From Ignavibacteriota bacterium (lineage in GTDB: Bacteria; Bacteroidota; Ignavibacteria; UBA10030): DNA of 64,000 nucleotides. Under the pieces are notes generated by a model, which was not told where the DNA came from, ran no database searches, and saw only the letters and a program-made list of their open reading frames with translations. How positions within the stretch are numbered: position 1 is the first letter of the stretch; every line of letters starts with the position of its first letter. This document shows positions 9,563-19,481 of this stretch, piece after piece. The DNA is taken from the NCBI GenBank assembly GCA_963727825.1, contig CAVSHO010000010.1:1-64000 (forward strand), written 5' to 3'. Both the position numbers and the translations under genes were made by a program.

Positions 9563-10387
9563 CTAGAAACTTATTTGATATCCGGCTGCCTTAAGATCTT
9601 TCATCAAACCAAAACTCGCTTCTTCCAACTTTACCGTAATTAATTTTACCAATACACCCGGCATGTTAAATGGAAAGTTAACGTCTGAGTTGTGAAGCAC
9701 ACAAACCTTATTTTTGCCAAGCTTGCCGACAAAATGTCCAATCTCGAACATTGCATATGCAAGATCAGTTGTATTGATAACAAAAAAAGCAAATTTTATC
9801 CCCGCATCCATTTGAAGTGATTCCAAGGGAAGCATTTGTCCGTGTTGACGTTCTATAGTAACTTCTTCTAATCCAATTTCATTAAGGAATTGTAACAGTT
9901 GAACGCGCAATGGTTCATCTAATTCTCCAATCACGTACACTTTCTTATTCTCTGCGTTAGATGTTATTTGCGTATTTGTCTGTAACTGCGATTCGGCAGG
10001 TTTTTTCGAAGGTGGTTTTAAGATGCGCTTTCCACCGGTTTCCGATGATGTAACTGTTGGAGATTCAGTAGTTGCAATGGGAACGGGGGCAGACACAAGA
10101 TCCGGCGATGCCTTCAGTTTTTCGTACAACTCATTTATACAAGTAAGAATTAAATTCACGGACGATTGATAAAATAATCCGCCGTGTGTATCACCAAGAA
10201 TTTTCTGTTTGTACGGAAATCCAATCGGTCCTGATGACTCGAGAACTTCTAAACACGTCTTTCGCCACTCAAGATATTTATTTTGCAGGCGTGCATTGTA
10301 TCCAGAATAATCAAAACCACCGATTGGCGCCAGTTTTATGCCTGTTTCAATTAATTCTTTAAATTGTTTAACAATCACCTCTGACAT
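9563..10387 (-). CDS. Protein with a degenerate C-terminal TIR-like (CAP12/PF10137-like) domain
   Basis: KKVYVI...FLNEIGLE...FAFFVI...MFEIGHFVGKLGKNKVCVL...FP..MPGV, after a P/S/T-rich linker. Confidence 0.7.
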   Translation of the reverse strand: MSEVIVKQFKELIETGIKLAPIGGFDYSGYNARLQNKYLEWRKTCLEVLESSGPIGFPYKQKILGDTHGGLFYQSSVNLILTCINELYEKLKASPDLVSAPVPIATTESPTVTSSETGGKRILKPPSKKPAESQLQTNTQITSNAENKKVYVIGELDEPLRVQLLQFLNEIGLEEVTIERQHGQMLPLESLQMDAGIKFAFFVINTTDLAYAMFEIGHFVGKLGKNKVCVLHNSDVNFPFNMPGVLVKLITVKLEEASFGLMKDLKAAGYQISF

Positions 10388-10450
10388 GTTCCGCCTATAA
10401 CCAATTTCCCCAACAACTATATTCGCTATACCTTTGAGTTGTTTGATCTA

Positions 10451-11344
10451 TTATCCGATAAAAAGCCCCACAGCAAGTAAAATCGGCGTTGTCAAATTGA
10501 TAACTACGTTTAGGCCCATCGAGGGAATCAGAGCAGGGATATTTTCAGCATTTTTGTATGCACCTTGATAGGCTTTCCAAGCAGGGATAGCTGTTAAAAA
10601 AACAAGCAGGCTGTAGTGAGGTAATAAAACAAAAATCACACCAATTATTACCGAGACATACGCTAACAGTAAAAAGACGCCATATATTACTGCACTGGCT
10701 TGCCGCCCTATTGTAATCGGGAAATGTTTACGTCCAATACTTTTATCGGCATCCACATCTGGAAACTGGTTGAGAAGAAGCAAGTCGCTTACAAGAAATG
10801 TAGGAACAAGAGAAGCAACGAAGGATATCCAACTGTATGAACCTGTCAAACAGAAGTGTGTCCCCATAACCATGAAAACTCCGAAACCCAATCCAGGCGC
10901 TATCAAACACAGGAGTGGATTATATGCCCACCAAATAGTATAAGTTACTAATAAGATCAATCCCATAATACCAAGCGGCAATAAGAGGAAGCCTCTCAGC
11001 CATACGAAATAAAACCCCACTACCGCAGTAATAACGAAGGATACTAAAGCAACATAAAGAGTGTTTTGCTTCATTTCCGGATGTGCCGGCAGTGTGCCGC
11101 TGCCGCCGCTAAAGGGTGTGCGTTGAGTCTTAGCGTCAAGTCCGCTTTTGAAATCAAAATATTCGTTAAATACATTTACGCTAATATGACTTGCAAGCGC
11201 GCCTATAATAATTATAAAAACTTGGACCCAACTTATTGCATGAGTTTGCCAGAAGGCTGTTCCCGCGCCCACAGCAACACACGCAGGTGCCAGGATCAAA
11301 AATGGTACACGCATAGGGCCAAGCAATGATTTGATTTTACTCAT
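10451..11344 (-). CDS. menA: 1,4-dihydroxy-2-naphthoate prenyltransferase (UbiA/MenA family)
   Basis: NEYFDFKSGLD, FSGGSG and NQFPDVDADKSIGRK motifs; multiple TM helices. Confidence 0.85.
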   Translation of the reverse strand: MSKIKSLLGPMRVPFLILAPACVAVGAGTAFWQTHAISWVQVFIIIIGALASHISVNVFNEYFDFKSGLDAKTQRTPFSGGSGTLPAHPEMKQNTLYVALVSFVITAVVGFYFVWLRGFLLLPLGIMGLILLVTYTIWWAYNPLLCLIAPGLGFGVFMVMGTHFCLTGSYSWISFVASLVPTFLVSDLLLLNQFPDVDADKSIGRKHFPITIGRQASAVIYGVFLLLAYVSVIIGVIFVLLPHYSLLVFLTAIPAWKAYQGAYKNAENIPALIPSMGLNVVINLTTPILLAVGLFIG

Positions 11345-11382
11345 GCAACACTCCTAAATAATATTGATTTTACCATTCTTTC

Positions 11383-11410
11383 AAAATGCCGAAACATATT
11401 GTTTTGGCAT
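11383..11410 (-). terminator. Probable intrinsic terminator after metG
   Basis: On the minus strand, an ATGCCAAAACA / TGTTTCGGCAT stem followed by a short T run. Confidence 0.5.
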
Positions 11411-11416
11411 AACGCT

Positions 11417-13489
11417 TTACTTTACATTTGCTCCTGTAGAAATTTCCGACTGCACGCCAACCAATGTCAAATTGCCGGATTCATCGCTGGCAGCGAGAAC
11501 CATTCCTTGCGATTCCTGACCCATAAGTTTTGCAGGCTGAAGATTAGCAACAACGACTATTAACTTATTGATCAAATCTTCCGGTTTGTAATACTTTGCG
11601 ATTCCTGCAATAACCTGCCGGCGTTCGTTGCCAATCTCTACTTGCAACTTCAATAGTTTATCTGATTTGGGCACTTTCACAGCTTCGATAACACGCGCAA
11701 CACGAAGGTCAATCTTTTTGAAATCATCGATAGTAATTGTTGTTTTTAATGGAGTGATAGGAAGAGACGCTTCTGGTTTTGCCTCACCTTCTAGAAATTT
11801 CACTATCTCATCAATCTGCCTGTCTTCTATTTTATTAATAAGAATTTCCGGTTTATTAAGTTGCTGATTATCTTTCAATCTAAATTCAGAAGCAGAATCC
11901 CATCCATCATCCCTCGACGTTGTGTCAATATTCAAAAGCTTCCATATTTTTGCAGATGTAGCAGGTGTTACCGGTTCCAGCAGTATCGCAAGCGAACGGG
12001 CAATTTGAATTGTAATGTGCAATGTTGTGGCACATCTTTCCGGATTCGACTTAAGTGTTTTCCAAGGTTCATTATCATTGAAATATTTATTTGCTGCCCG
12101 CGCGAGGTTCATCACTTCCATTAATCCCTCACGGAATCGATACTGCTCAAATAGTTCTCCGGTTTTAATTGGAGTTTGATTTAAAGTGCCAATTATTTCT
12201 TCATCAAGCGCATTGAGTGTGCCAAGTATCGGAACTTTCCCAGCAAAATTTTTATCTACAAAAGCCAGAGTACGATTAACAAAGTTTCCTACGATATCAG
12301 CAAGTTCATTATTAATACGTGCTTGAAAGTCTTTAAGATAGAAATCGCTATCGCGTGTTTCCGGTAAATTAACTGCAAGAGCATAACGCAACATATCCGC
12401 CGGAAAGAATTTTAGAAAATCTTGAACATCAATTCCCCAGCCGCGGCTCTTAGAAAATTTTTGACCTTCGAAGTTTAAGAATTCGTTTGCAGGAACATTC
12501 TCCGGCAGCACATAATGATTAACGTGCGCATCATTCCATGCCATTAACATCGCTGGAAATACTATGCAATGGAATACAACATTGTCTTTGCCGATGAACG
12601 CAACATATTTTGTGTCTTCCTTCTGCCAAAACTCTTTCCAAGCATCAGGTTTGTTATTCAAAGATGCCCATTCTTTTGCAGATGAAATGTAACCGAGCAC
12701 TGCGTCGAACCAGACATAAATAACTTTATCTTCGTATCCTGCTACCGGAACTTGAACGCCCCAATTCAGGTCGCGCGTTACTGCACGATCCTGCAAACCG
12801 TCTTTAAACCAGCTCTCGCAGTAACGAAGAACGTTATCCTTCCATCCGTCGCGCTTATTACGTTCATCTATGTATGCCACTAATCTCTGTTGATATTTGC
12901 CAAGCGGGAAATACCAATGTGTCGTTTCGCGTACTACCGGAGTTGTTCCGCAGAGTTTGCATTTTGGGTCTATGAGTTCAGCCTGATTCAGCCATGTTCC
13001 GCAGTTTTCACATTGATCACCGCGTGCTTGTGTTGACTTACATTTCGGACAAGTGCCTTCCACGTATCGGTCGGCAAGGAACATTTTATCTTTCTCGCAG
13101 TAGAGCTGTAGTTCCTTTTTAGCGACAACGATATCGCGATTATGAAATTCTCTGAAGAATTCCTTTGTGGTCTCATGGTGCAATTGAAGTGAAGTGCGCG
13201 AATAGTTGTCAAAACTCATCTCGAACGCTTCAAATACTGATTTATTTGCGGGATGATAACGATCGATAATAGCTTTCGGTGTCGTCTTCTCTTTTTCTGC
13301 TGAAACAGTAATTGCGACGCCGTGCTCGTCTGAACCGCAAATAAAAAGAACATTGCGTTTCTTCAGACGTTGGTACCGTGCATAGATATCTGCAGGTAAG
13401 TATGCACCTGCAAGATGGCCAAGATGCAAATAGCCGTTAGCATATGGCAACGCCGCCGTAATAAGAATTCGTTCAAATGGTTGTTTCAT
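11417..13489 (-). CDS. metG: Methionine--tRNA ligase
   Basis: ALPYANGYLHLGH, zinc knuckle, KFSKS and a C-terminal tRNA-binding OB fold. Confidence 0.98.
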   Translation of the reverse strand: MKQPFERILITAALPYANGYLHLGHLAGAYLPADIYARYQRLKKRNVLFICGSDEHGVAITVSAEKEKTTPKAIIDRYHPANKSVFEAFEMSFDNYSRTSLQLHHETTKEFFREFHNRDIVVAKKELQLYCEKDKMFLADRYVEGTCPKCKSTQARGDQCENCGTWLNQAELIDPKCKLCGTTPVVRETTHWYFPLGKYQQRLVAYIDERNKRDGWKDNVLRYCESWFKDGLQDRAVTRDLNWGVQVPVAGYEDKVIYVWFDAVLGYISSAKEWASLNNKPDAWKEFWQKEDTKYVAFIGKDNVVFHCIVFPAMLMAWNDAHVNHYVLPENVPANEFLNFEGQKFSKSRGWGIDVQDFLKFFPADMLRYALAVNLPETRDSDFYLKDFQARINNELADIVGNFVNRTLAFVDKNFAGKVPILGTLNALDEEIIGTLNQTPIKTGELFEQYRFREGLMEVMNLARAANKYFNDNEPWKTLKSNPERCATTLHITIQIARSLAILLEPVTPATSAKIWKLLNIDTTSRDDGWDSASEFRLKDNQQLNKPEILINKIEDRQIDEIVKFLEGEAKPEASLPITPLKTTITIDDFKKIDLRVARVIEAVKVPKSDKLLKLQVEIGNERRQVIAGIAKYYKPEDLINKLIVVVANLQPAKLMGQESQGMVLAASDESGNLTLVGVQSEISTGANVK

Positions 13490-14613
13490 ATTATAGGTAC
13501 TTCCGTAATATTCTTTTGTAAATCAATTGCTAATGTCGTAAGAATAAGATGAAGGTAGACATTTTTGTCTAGATGAGCAATTGCCTTCTCGACTGACTGA
13601 ATCGCAGCAATAAGATTCGCTTGCTGAAAATTCTTGATAAAGTTTTCCATTCTTTGTTTTTCGTCTTCCAATATAAGAGCATGAGCTTTTTGTTGAATAA
13701 GTAAGGCGTCACGCAACCATGACTGCAGGAGCTTAAGCCATCGTTTAATGCCAGGCCGATCTGTTGATGATGCAAGTTCATCAATTGCATCAATTAGCGC
13801 TGATTTACGTTTGCCAAGAACCAAGAGCATGAATTCGACGACTTCCTTTCGCTCCCCCGCCATGTCCTGCGCACTAAACCGCCGTGCATTACTATAACTT
13901 CCGTTGCTGAGCTGCGCCGCGAGCCTAGCAATATTCTGATTAACGCCATCATGAGTAATAAGTGCAGTTTCAATTTCTGCATCAGATAATAGATCGCATT
14001 TTATTAATTGGCAGCGAGAGATAATCGTCGGCAAAAGCTGATCTTTTGCAGATGTCGTTAAAAGAAGAATCGTACCGGGAAGCGGTTCTTCCAATGTCTT
14101 CAAGAGAGAATTGCTTGCTTCTGCATTCATCATATCAGCATTAAAAATGATAAAGATTTTCTTTCCATTCTCTATCCGACTCATAGCCGCTTCGCGCTTG
14201 ATATCTCGAACGCTATTAATTTTAATAAAGTTTGCCCTAGTAATTTCAATACGATGGTATGGATCTTTTGCTTTCGTCTGAATCTGTGCCCGCACTTCAG
14301 CAACCTGTGTTTCTGTCAGCACGTCGATTGGATCATCTCCATTTTTTTCATTCTTGCCTACAGGAAGCGCGAAAACCAAATTTATATTGGGAAGTTGAAA
14401 CGAATCCATCCGCTGACAATTAGCACATATACCGCACGCTTCTACACTACCTTCGACACAGTTTAATGCTTTTGCGAATTCCATTGCTAAAGCATCTTTT
14501 CCGATTCCCTCAGGTCCGTGGAAAAGATATGCATGTGCAATCTGACCGCTTTGTAATGTGCGCTTTAGTAGTGCTTTAACGCGTTCTTGTCCGACAATTG
14601 ATGACCAACTCAT
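13486..14613 (-). CDS. holB: DNA polymerase III subunit delta'
   Basis: HAYLFHGPEGIGK, CGICANC, NSLLKTLEEP and TIISRCQ motifs. Confidence 0.93.
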   Translation of the reverse strand: MSWSSIVGQERVKALLKRTLQSGQIAHAYLFHGPEGIGKDALAMEFAKALNCVEGSVEACGICANCQRMDSFQLPNINLVFALPVGKNEKNGDDPIDVLTETQVAEVRAQIQTKAKDPYHRIEITRANFIKINSVRDIKREAAMSRIENGKKIFIIFNADMMNAEASNSLLKTLEEPLPGTILLLTTSAKDQLLPTIISRCQLIKCDLLSDAEIETALITHDGVNQNIARLAAQLSNGSYSNARRFSAQDMAGERKEVVEFMLLVLGKRKSALIDAIDELASSTDRPGIKRWLKLLQSWLRDALLIQQKAHALILEDEKQRMENFIKNFQQANLIAAIQSVEKAIAHLDKNVYLHLILTTLAIDLQKNITEVPII

Positions 14614-14625
14614 ATAATCAAGATC

Positions 14626-16674
14626 TTAAAAGGTTTGCTCTACACCAAAATGTATAATACCTTGGCTAACGGTCTCTGGAATGAATCTTTTTTGTGTTAC
14701 CCATTGTCTTGAATCTGGATCATACAACTTCATGCCAAAATCGATGCGAATAGGTCCTGCAATAGTGTTGTATCGTATTCCGAATCCAAATGCCATCGCG
14801 ATTTCATTTAAACGCATTTCTTGAGATATAGGCCAAATATTGCCGAAATCGAAGAATAGAACAAACGAAATTTTTTCAAGATCAAGAAATCCTAAAGAAC
14901 CTGCATCTTTCAAAGGATTCAATCGTGCTTCAATGCTTCCTTCAAACAATGCATTTCCGCCTAAATTTCTTAGTGTATCTCCCGGTGCACCAAGAGCTCT
15001 TGCCTGCCAGCCACGCACGCTTTCGCTCCCTCCTGAATAAAAACGTTGAGTCAATGGAATATCCTTTAATGGTGAATCTCCGTAGAGGAGGGCAGCTCCG
15101 TAGCGTAAACGTGCAGCCCAAATAAGATCGCGTTTATTATCTGGATTCCAATACCACCTTCCATCTAAAACTAACTTTACATACTGAGAATAAGGAAGTC
15201 CCACACTTAATACTCTTGGGACAATACCACCTTCCTCAATTGAGATCGATTGAAAGGTACCTCCTGAGGGGTTGAAAACATCATTTCGTTTATCACGTTG
15301 GAGTGTAAGTGTAATAAAGGAATTGAATTGTTTTTCAAATCCTAAAGATTCAAAAAAGGCAGAACTATCCTGTTGTGTCGCAACTGTTTTTGGATCGCTC
15401 AATTGGAGATTCCAATCAATAAACAATTTGGTATAAGTTGCTGTTTGTGAGATCGTTCCAGAACGAAAACTTAAACTTGGAATATAGTACGTTGACTGTT
15501 TATCCAGCATAGCTGAAAATGCGAAACTAATACTTGTTTTGTTGTTGATAAAATATGGCTGAACGAGCTGTGTTGTCCATTCTATTTTTGATATTAGAGA
15601 ACTATCTCTCAAGGCATTTTCTTTAAATATTGTTCCGAATCGAAACGATTGGACATTAAGCTGAAGGTTCGAGGAAAAACTTCTTGCACCGCCCAGAAAA
15701 TTGCGATGACTATACCCGATACCCATAAGAATATTAGTGGCACCGCTTTCGTCGTTAATACCAACTTCAGGTGTCAACTCTTGAAATGCTTTGGTTCGGA
15801 CAAGTACCCTAACCGGAATTTGCGTATTGTCTGATGAACTCTTCAGAGTAGCATTTTCAATTTTTGTTGCTTCAAAAACGCCTAACCTATTGAGATTTCT
15901 TTCGCTTTCTATTTTCTTTCCTTCGCTATAGAATTCCCCAGCAGAAAAGTCTAAATGCTCAAGCACAATACTTGTATCAATATACTGATGAGATGTGGTA
16001 TCTTGTACAATAGAGATATTCCCAAAAGAATATCGTTTCCCTAAATTGAAGATATAGACAAGTGAAATATTGTCTGTGGATGCATAGCGCACGGCGCCAA
16101 CTTTAATTTTCTCCACGTTGACGTAGCCGTTATTATAACACGAGTCAATAATACGCTTATATTCTGCGTCTACTTTGGCCTGGATATAAGGCATTCCTAT
16201 TGTAATTTGTTGATTCAAGAAAAGTTCTCTCTGCACATCAGGCGGAAGATTCTCTAAACCATTATACAAGATAGTGTCAATCAGCGAGCGGTGCCCTTCT
16301 ATGATAGAAAATGTTAGAAAAATTTTATCTTTATCCGGCAGGACAATAATGTTCGTGTCCACTTGCACATGAAAAAATCCATTATCCTTATAAAGATTTT
16401 TGAGCTGCTGATAGTCTGAAGCAAAGGTTACAGGATCAAAGTATTCCGGTTTTTGTCCAAAAAGAAATTCTTTGTTAAATATGCTGTATATCCATCTTTG
16501 CACCGCCCACGGAGTTTCACGTGTACGAATCACGTTTAGAAGTTGATCATAATTGAGTTCTTTGTTTCCTTCAAAGCGGATGGCACCCACTTCATATCCG
16601 GGTTCTGCAACCTGTGCAGTCGATAAAGAAGTGCAGAAAATAATGATCAATATGATTGGAATTAATTTGTGCAT
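14626..16674 (-). CDS. BamA/TamA (Omp85) family outer-membrane protein
   Basis: POTRA-like repeats, RFYSGGSESVRGW, GPIRIDFG and a terminal Phe. Confidence 0.92.
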   Translation of the reverse strand: MHKLIPIILIIIFCTSLSTAQVAEPGYEVGAIRFEGNKELNYDQLLNVIRTRETPWAVQRWIYSIFNKEFLFGQKPEYFDPVTFASDYQQLKNLYKDNGFFHVQVDTNIIVLPDKDKIFLTFSIIEGHRSLIDTILYNGLENLPPDVQRELFLNQQITIGMPYIQAKVDAEYKRIIDSCYNNGYVNVEKIKVGAVRYASTDNISLVYIFNLGKRYSFGNISIVQDTTSHQYIDTSIVLEHLDFSAGEFYSEGKKIESERNLNRLGVFEATKIENATLKSSSDNTQIPVRVLVRTKAFQELTPEVGINDESGATNILMGIGYSHRNFLGGARSFSSNLQLNVQSFRFGTIFKENALRDSSLISKIEWTTQLVQPYFINNKTSISFAFSAMLDKQSTYYIPSLSFRSGTISQTATYTKLFIDWNLQLSDPKTVATQQDSSAFFESLGFEKQFNSFITLTLQRDKRNDVFNPSGGTFQSISIEEGGIVPRVLSVGLPYSQYVKLVLDGRWYWNPDNKRDLIWAARLRYGAALLYGDSPLKDIPLTQRFYSGGSESVRGWQARALGAPGDTLRNLGGNALFEGSIEARLNPLKDAGSLGFLDLEKISFVLFFDFGNIWPISQEMRLNEIAMAFGFGIRYNTIAGPIRIDFGMKLYDPDSRQWVTQKRFIPETVSQGIIHFGVEQTF

Positions 16675-16689
16675 AGAAAATCAAGAAAT

Positions 16690-16715
16690 AAAAAACCCAG
16701 CAGGTAAGTGCTGGG
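16690..16715 (-). terminator. Intrinsic terminator downstream of the DUF2795 gene
   Basis: On the minus strand, CCCAGCA-cttacc-TGCTGGG followed by TTTTTT. Confidence 0.8.
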
Positions 16716-16772
16716 CTCTATTCAATCTCACAATCCCGAAGTACCCTAACGCTTTATTCAAATGCTAAGTTT

Positions 16773-16997
16773 CTAGTACTCTTTCTCATCCTCGAAGAAG
16801 AAGTCTTCATCGGTTGGATAATCCGGCCATATTTCCTCAATGCTTTCGTACGGCTCATCGGAATCATCAAGTTCTTCCAAATTTTGGATTGCTTGTGTTG
16901 GGGCTCCAGTTCGTACAGCGTAATCGATTAATTCTTCTTTTGTCGCAGGCCATGGAGCATCATCTAAATATGTAGCCAGCTCGATGGTCCAAATCAT
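16773..16997 (-). CDS. DUF2795 family small acidic protein
   Basis: MIWTIELATYLDDAPWPATKEELIDYA...IWPDYP matches the FCB-group family pattern. Confidence 0.92.
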   Translation of the reverse strand: MIWTIELATYLDDAPWPATKEELIDYAVRTGAPTQAIQNLEELDDSDEPYESIEEIWPDYPTDEDFFFEDEKEY

Positions 16998-17038
16998 TGT
17001 CGTTCCATTTCTTCAAAGAAATATTATCAGTCATTTAA

Positions 17039-17968
17039 CTAATTTTGAAAATCTTTTGTATTTACATCGTCAAAAAAATAATCTATCGGATTCTGAGCTA
17101 CACCGTTCACTCGTACTTCATAATGAAGATGCGGTGCATTCGAAAGTCCTGAATTTCCGGAACGAGCAATCAGTTCACCGCGCTTCACCTGTTGCCCCTC
17201 ATGCACGAGAATCTGTGAAAGATGTCCGTATAACGTTTTCAATGAATAACCATGATTAATTTCAAGGGTCATTCCATATCCACCTTGATGCCCCGTAAAC
17301 TCTATGGTACCATCCGCTGGTGCATAAATTGGAGTGCCAACTTCATTTTCGATGTCGATACCTTCATGTTTGCGAACAATATTCAAAATTGGATGGAGAC
17401 GCATACCAAAGCCATGCGGGTTGTAAAATCCATTCATTGGCTTGATCGCGGGGAGATGGGCAAAGCGAACTTTGTTCTGGTCGTACGCACTTCCAATCGC
17501 TTCATAGCTTGTCGCTTGAAGATGCAATTCTCCTTCTGCTTGATTTGCGGTTTCGCGCAAATTATTCAGTAATGTGTTTATGTTGGATGATGAAGTAAAA
17601 TCGACACGTTCATCTGTTCCACCAATGCCTGCCTTTTGTATATCCTCATCTAATTTTGGCAAATCAGCGAGCAGTCGTAATTCATTGTCTTTATTGCCCA
17701 GTAAAACTAATTGCTTTTGAATAGCATCAAGCCGTTGTGTAAGATATTGCAATTGATTTTGCATCACTCTATTTTCATTCACCAAAGAATTATTCTGAAT
17801 GAATCCAAGTCCAAAAACATCATTATAATATTGATTGACGATAAAGAGAGAACAGAAAATGACTATTCCTAGAAAAAACCCAGATAATATAAGGCGAGTT
17901 CGTGTCCAACGTGCCTCATAAAAATTAAGTGATTCCAGTGAAAATCGATAGAGTTTTGTTTTTCTCAT
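17039..17968 (-). CDS. M23 family metallopeptidase
   Basis: TM segment, coiled coil, HEGID and HLHYEV motifs. Start moved to ATG 17968, which follows GAGGA (track start 17995). Confidence 0.92.
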   Translation of the reverse strand: MRKTKLYRFSLESLNFYEARWTRTRLILSGFFLGIVIFCSLFIVNQYYNDVFGLGFIQNNSLVNENRVMQNQLQYLTQRLDAIQKQLVLLGNKDNELRLLADLPKLDEDIQKAGIGGTDERVDFTSSSNINTLLNNLRETANQAEGELHLQATSYEAIGSAYDQNKVRFAHLPAIKPMNGFYNPHGFGMRLHPILNIVRKHEGIDIENEVGTPIYAPADGTIEFTGHQGGYGMTLEINHGYSLKTLYGHLSQILVHEGQQVKRGELIARSGNSGLSNAPHLHYEVRVNGVAQNPIDYFFDDVNTKDFQN

Positions 17969-18067
17969 ATCCTCAATCAATTTGTTAACTAGCACATATA
18001 TTGCAGCACATAAGCTGCTGGGTGAAAATAGGAAATTATCGATTCTTTGTCAAGAATCGTTTTCATC

Positions 18068-19075
18068 TTATTCAAAATCATGATCAAAATAGTTAATGAC
18101 CCGTTTACCCTTTGTTTTTTCGGCAATTGCAGCATCAAGTCGTTTTGCAAATTCTTTAGCTGAGTCATAGCCATAGTGCTTGAGTTGATAATCCATAGCA
18201 ATCACCTCAACTATGACAGTAATATTCTTTCCAGGAACTATGGGCAGTTTGATGTGAGGCAAACTAACACCCAAGATGGAAATATTCTCATGGTCTAATC
18301 CTGTGCGCGTATATTCGATATCGTCTCGCCATTCTTGTAGTTCAACAATAATCTCAACTCTCTTCTGAAAACGAATAGACCTAATACCAAAGATAGAACG
18401 AACATCAATTAGACCAAGACCTCGAATTTCCATATAATGTTTTACAACATCCGACCCGGCGCCCATTAAAATTCCTTCACCTTTGCGTGTAACCATTACA
18501 ACATCATCAGCAACAAGGCGATGCCCCCGCTCAACAAGATCCAACGCAATTTCACTTTTGCCTATACCTGAACGTCCTGTGATCAAAACCCCGATGCCAT
18601 CGACGTCCACAAAAGAACCATGCAAAACAGTTTGAGGAGCAAAATGATCGTCGAGAAAATCGCTAATAAAATAGACAAATTTCGTTGTCTCTAAAGGTGT
18701 AAGAATTACCGAAACATGGTGTTCTGTGGCAATCGCTACCAATTCATCGTCGAGTTTATTCTCACCTGTAACAAAAATACAAGGTAAATCAAATTTAAAG
18801 ATTGTTTTGACTGCGTTTATACGTTCATCAAATGTCAAGTGGTTGAGATATCGAATTTCTGTATTGCCAAAAATCTGAACACGGTCGTATGTGAATAATT
18901 CGACATAACCTGCAAGCGCTAAACCGGGCCGGTGGATGTTCTTATCTGTAATTTCTCGCTCAAATCCAACGTCGCCATTGACGCTCTCTAACTTTAGGCG
19001 CTGCTTATTGACATCGAATAAGAAACCTACCGTCATATTATTTTTTTTTGTTTCTTTAATATCTTTAAGTGTCAT
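18068..19075 (-). CDS. hprK: HPr(Ser) kinase/phosphorylase
   Basis: RPGLALAG, GRSGIGKSE, GHRLVADD and MEIRGLG motifs. Confidence 0.97.
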   Translation of the reverse strand: MTLKDIKETKKNNMTVGFLFDVNKQRLKLESVNGDVGFEREITDKNIHRPGLALAGYVELFTYDRVQIFGNTEIRYLNHLTFDERINAVKTIFKFDLPCIFVTGENKLDDELVAIATEHHVSVILTPLETTKFVYFISDFLDDHFAPQTVLHGSFVDVDGIGVLITGRSGIGKSEIALDLVERGHRLVADDVVMVTRKGEGILMGAGSDVVKHYMEIRGLGLIDVRSIFGIRSIRFQKRVEIIVELQEWRDDIEYTRTGLDHENISILGVSLPHIKLPIVPGKNITVIVEVIAMDYQLKHYGYDSAKEFAKRLDAAIAEKTKGKRVINYFDHDFE

Positions 19076-19094
19076 TGCCCGTCTCCCGGGTTAT

Positions 19095-19427
19095 TTATTC
19101 TTTCTCTCTTATTTTTCTTATTCCCTTGCGATCTTTTTCATGAAGTTTTTCTTTGTACTTTTTTAGGCGAGTTTTTATTTTGGCAATTGCTATATCAATA
19201 GATTTTTCATACGCTTCGCTTGAACCAATTCCCGTTAATACGGCGCCATACACCGTCAATGATATTTCTGCGTTCTTCACACTGTCACGCGATTTTTCAT
19301 AAGAAAAGATCACTTCGGCTTTGATTATACCGTCGTAATAATGTGAAAGATCTTCTATCGCATCCTCGGAATACTCAGTCAGTGTCGAGTGTGGTTTAAA
19401 GTGACGCGATGTGATTTTTATATTCAT
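19095..19427 (-). CDS. hpf: Ribosome hibernation factor HPF/RaiA
   Basis: MNIKITSRHF...SIDIAIAKIKTRLKKYKEK, with an AGGAGG SD before ATG 19427. Confidence 0.9.
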   Translation of the reverse strand: MNIKITSRHFKPHSTLTEYSEDAIEDLSHYYDGIIKAEVIFSYEKSRDSVKNAEISLTVYGAVLTGIGSSEAYEKSIDIAIAKIKTRLKKYKEKLHEKDRKGIRKIREKE

Positions 19428-19481
19428 AGTACATCCTCCTTCCATCTTAATTTAATTCGATCCAAAACGTTGATCTTGAAT

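Noticed and set aside
17989-18201. 70-aa ORF bridging hprK and the M23 gene
   Set aside because: It is mostly an alternative frame of the hprK 3' end and has no coding features.
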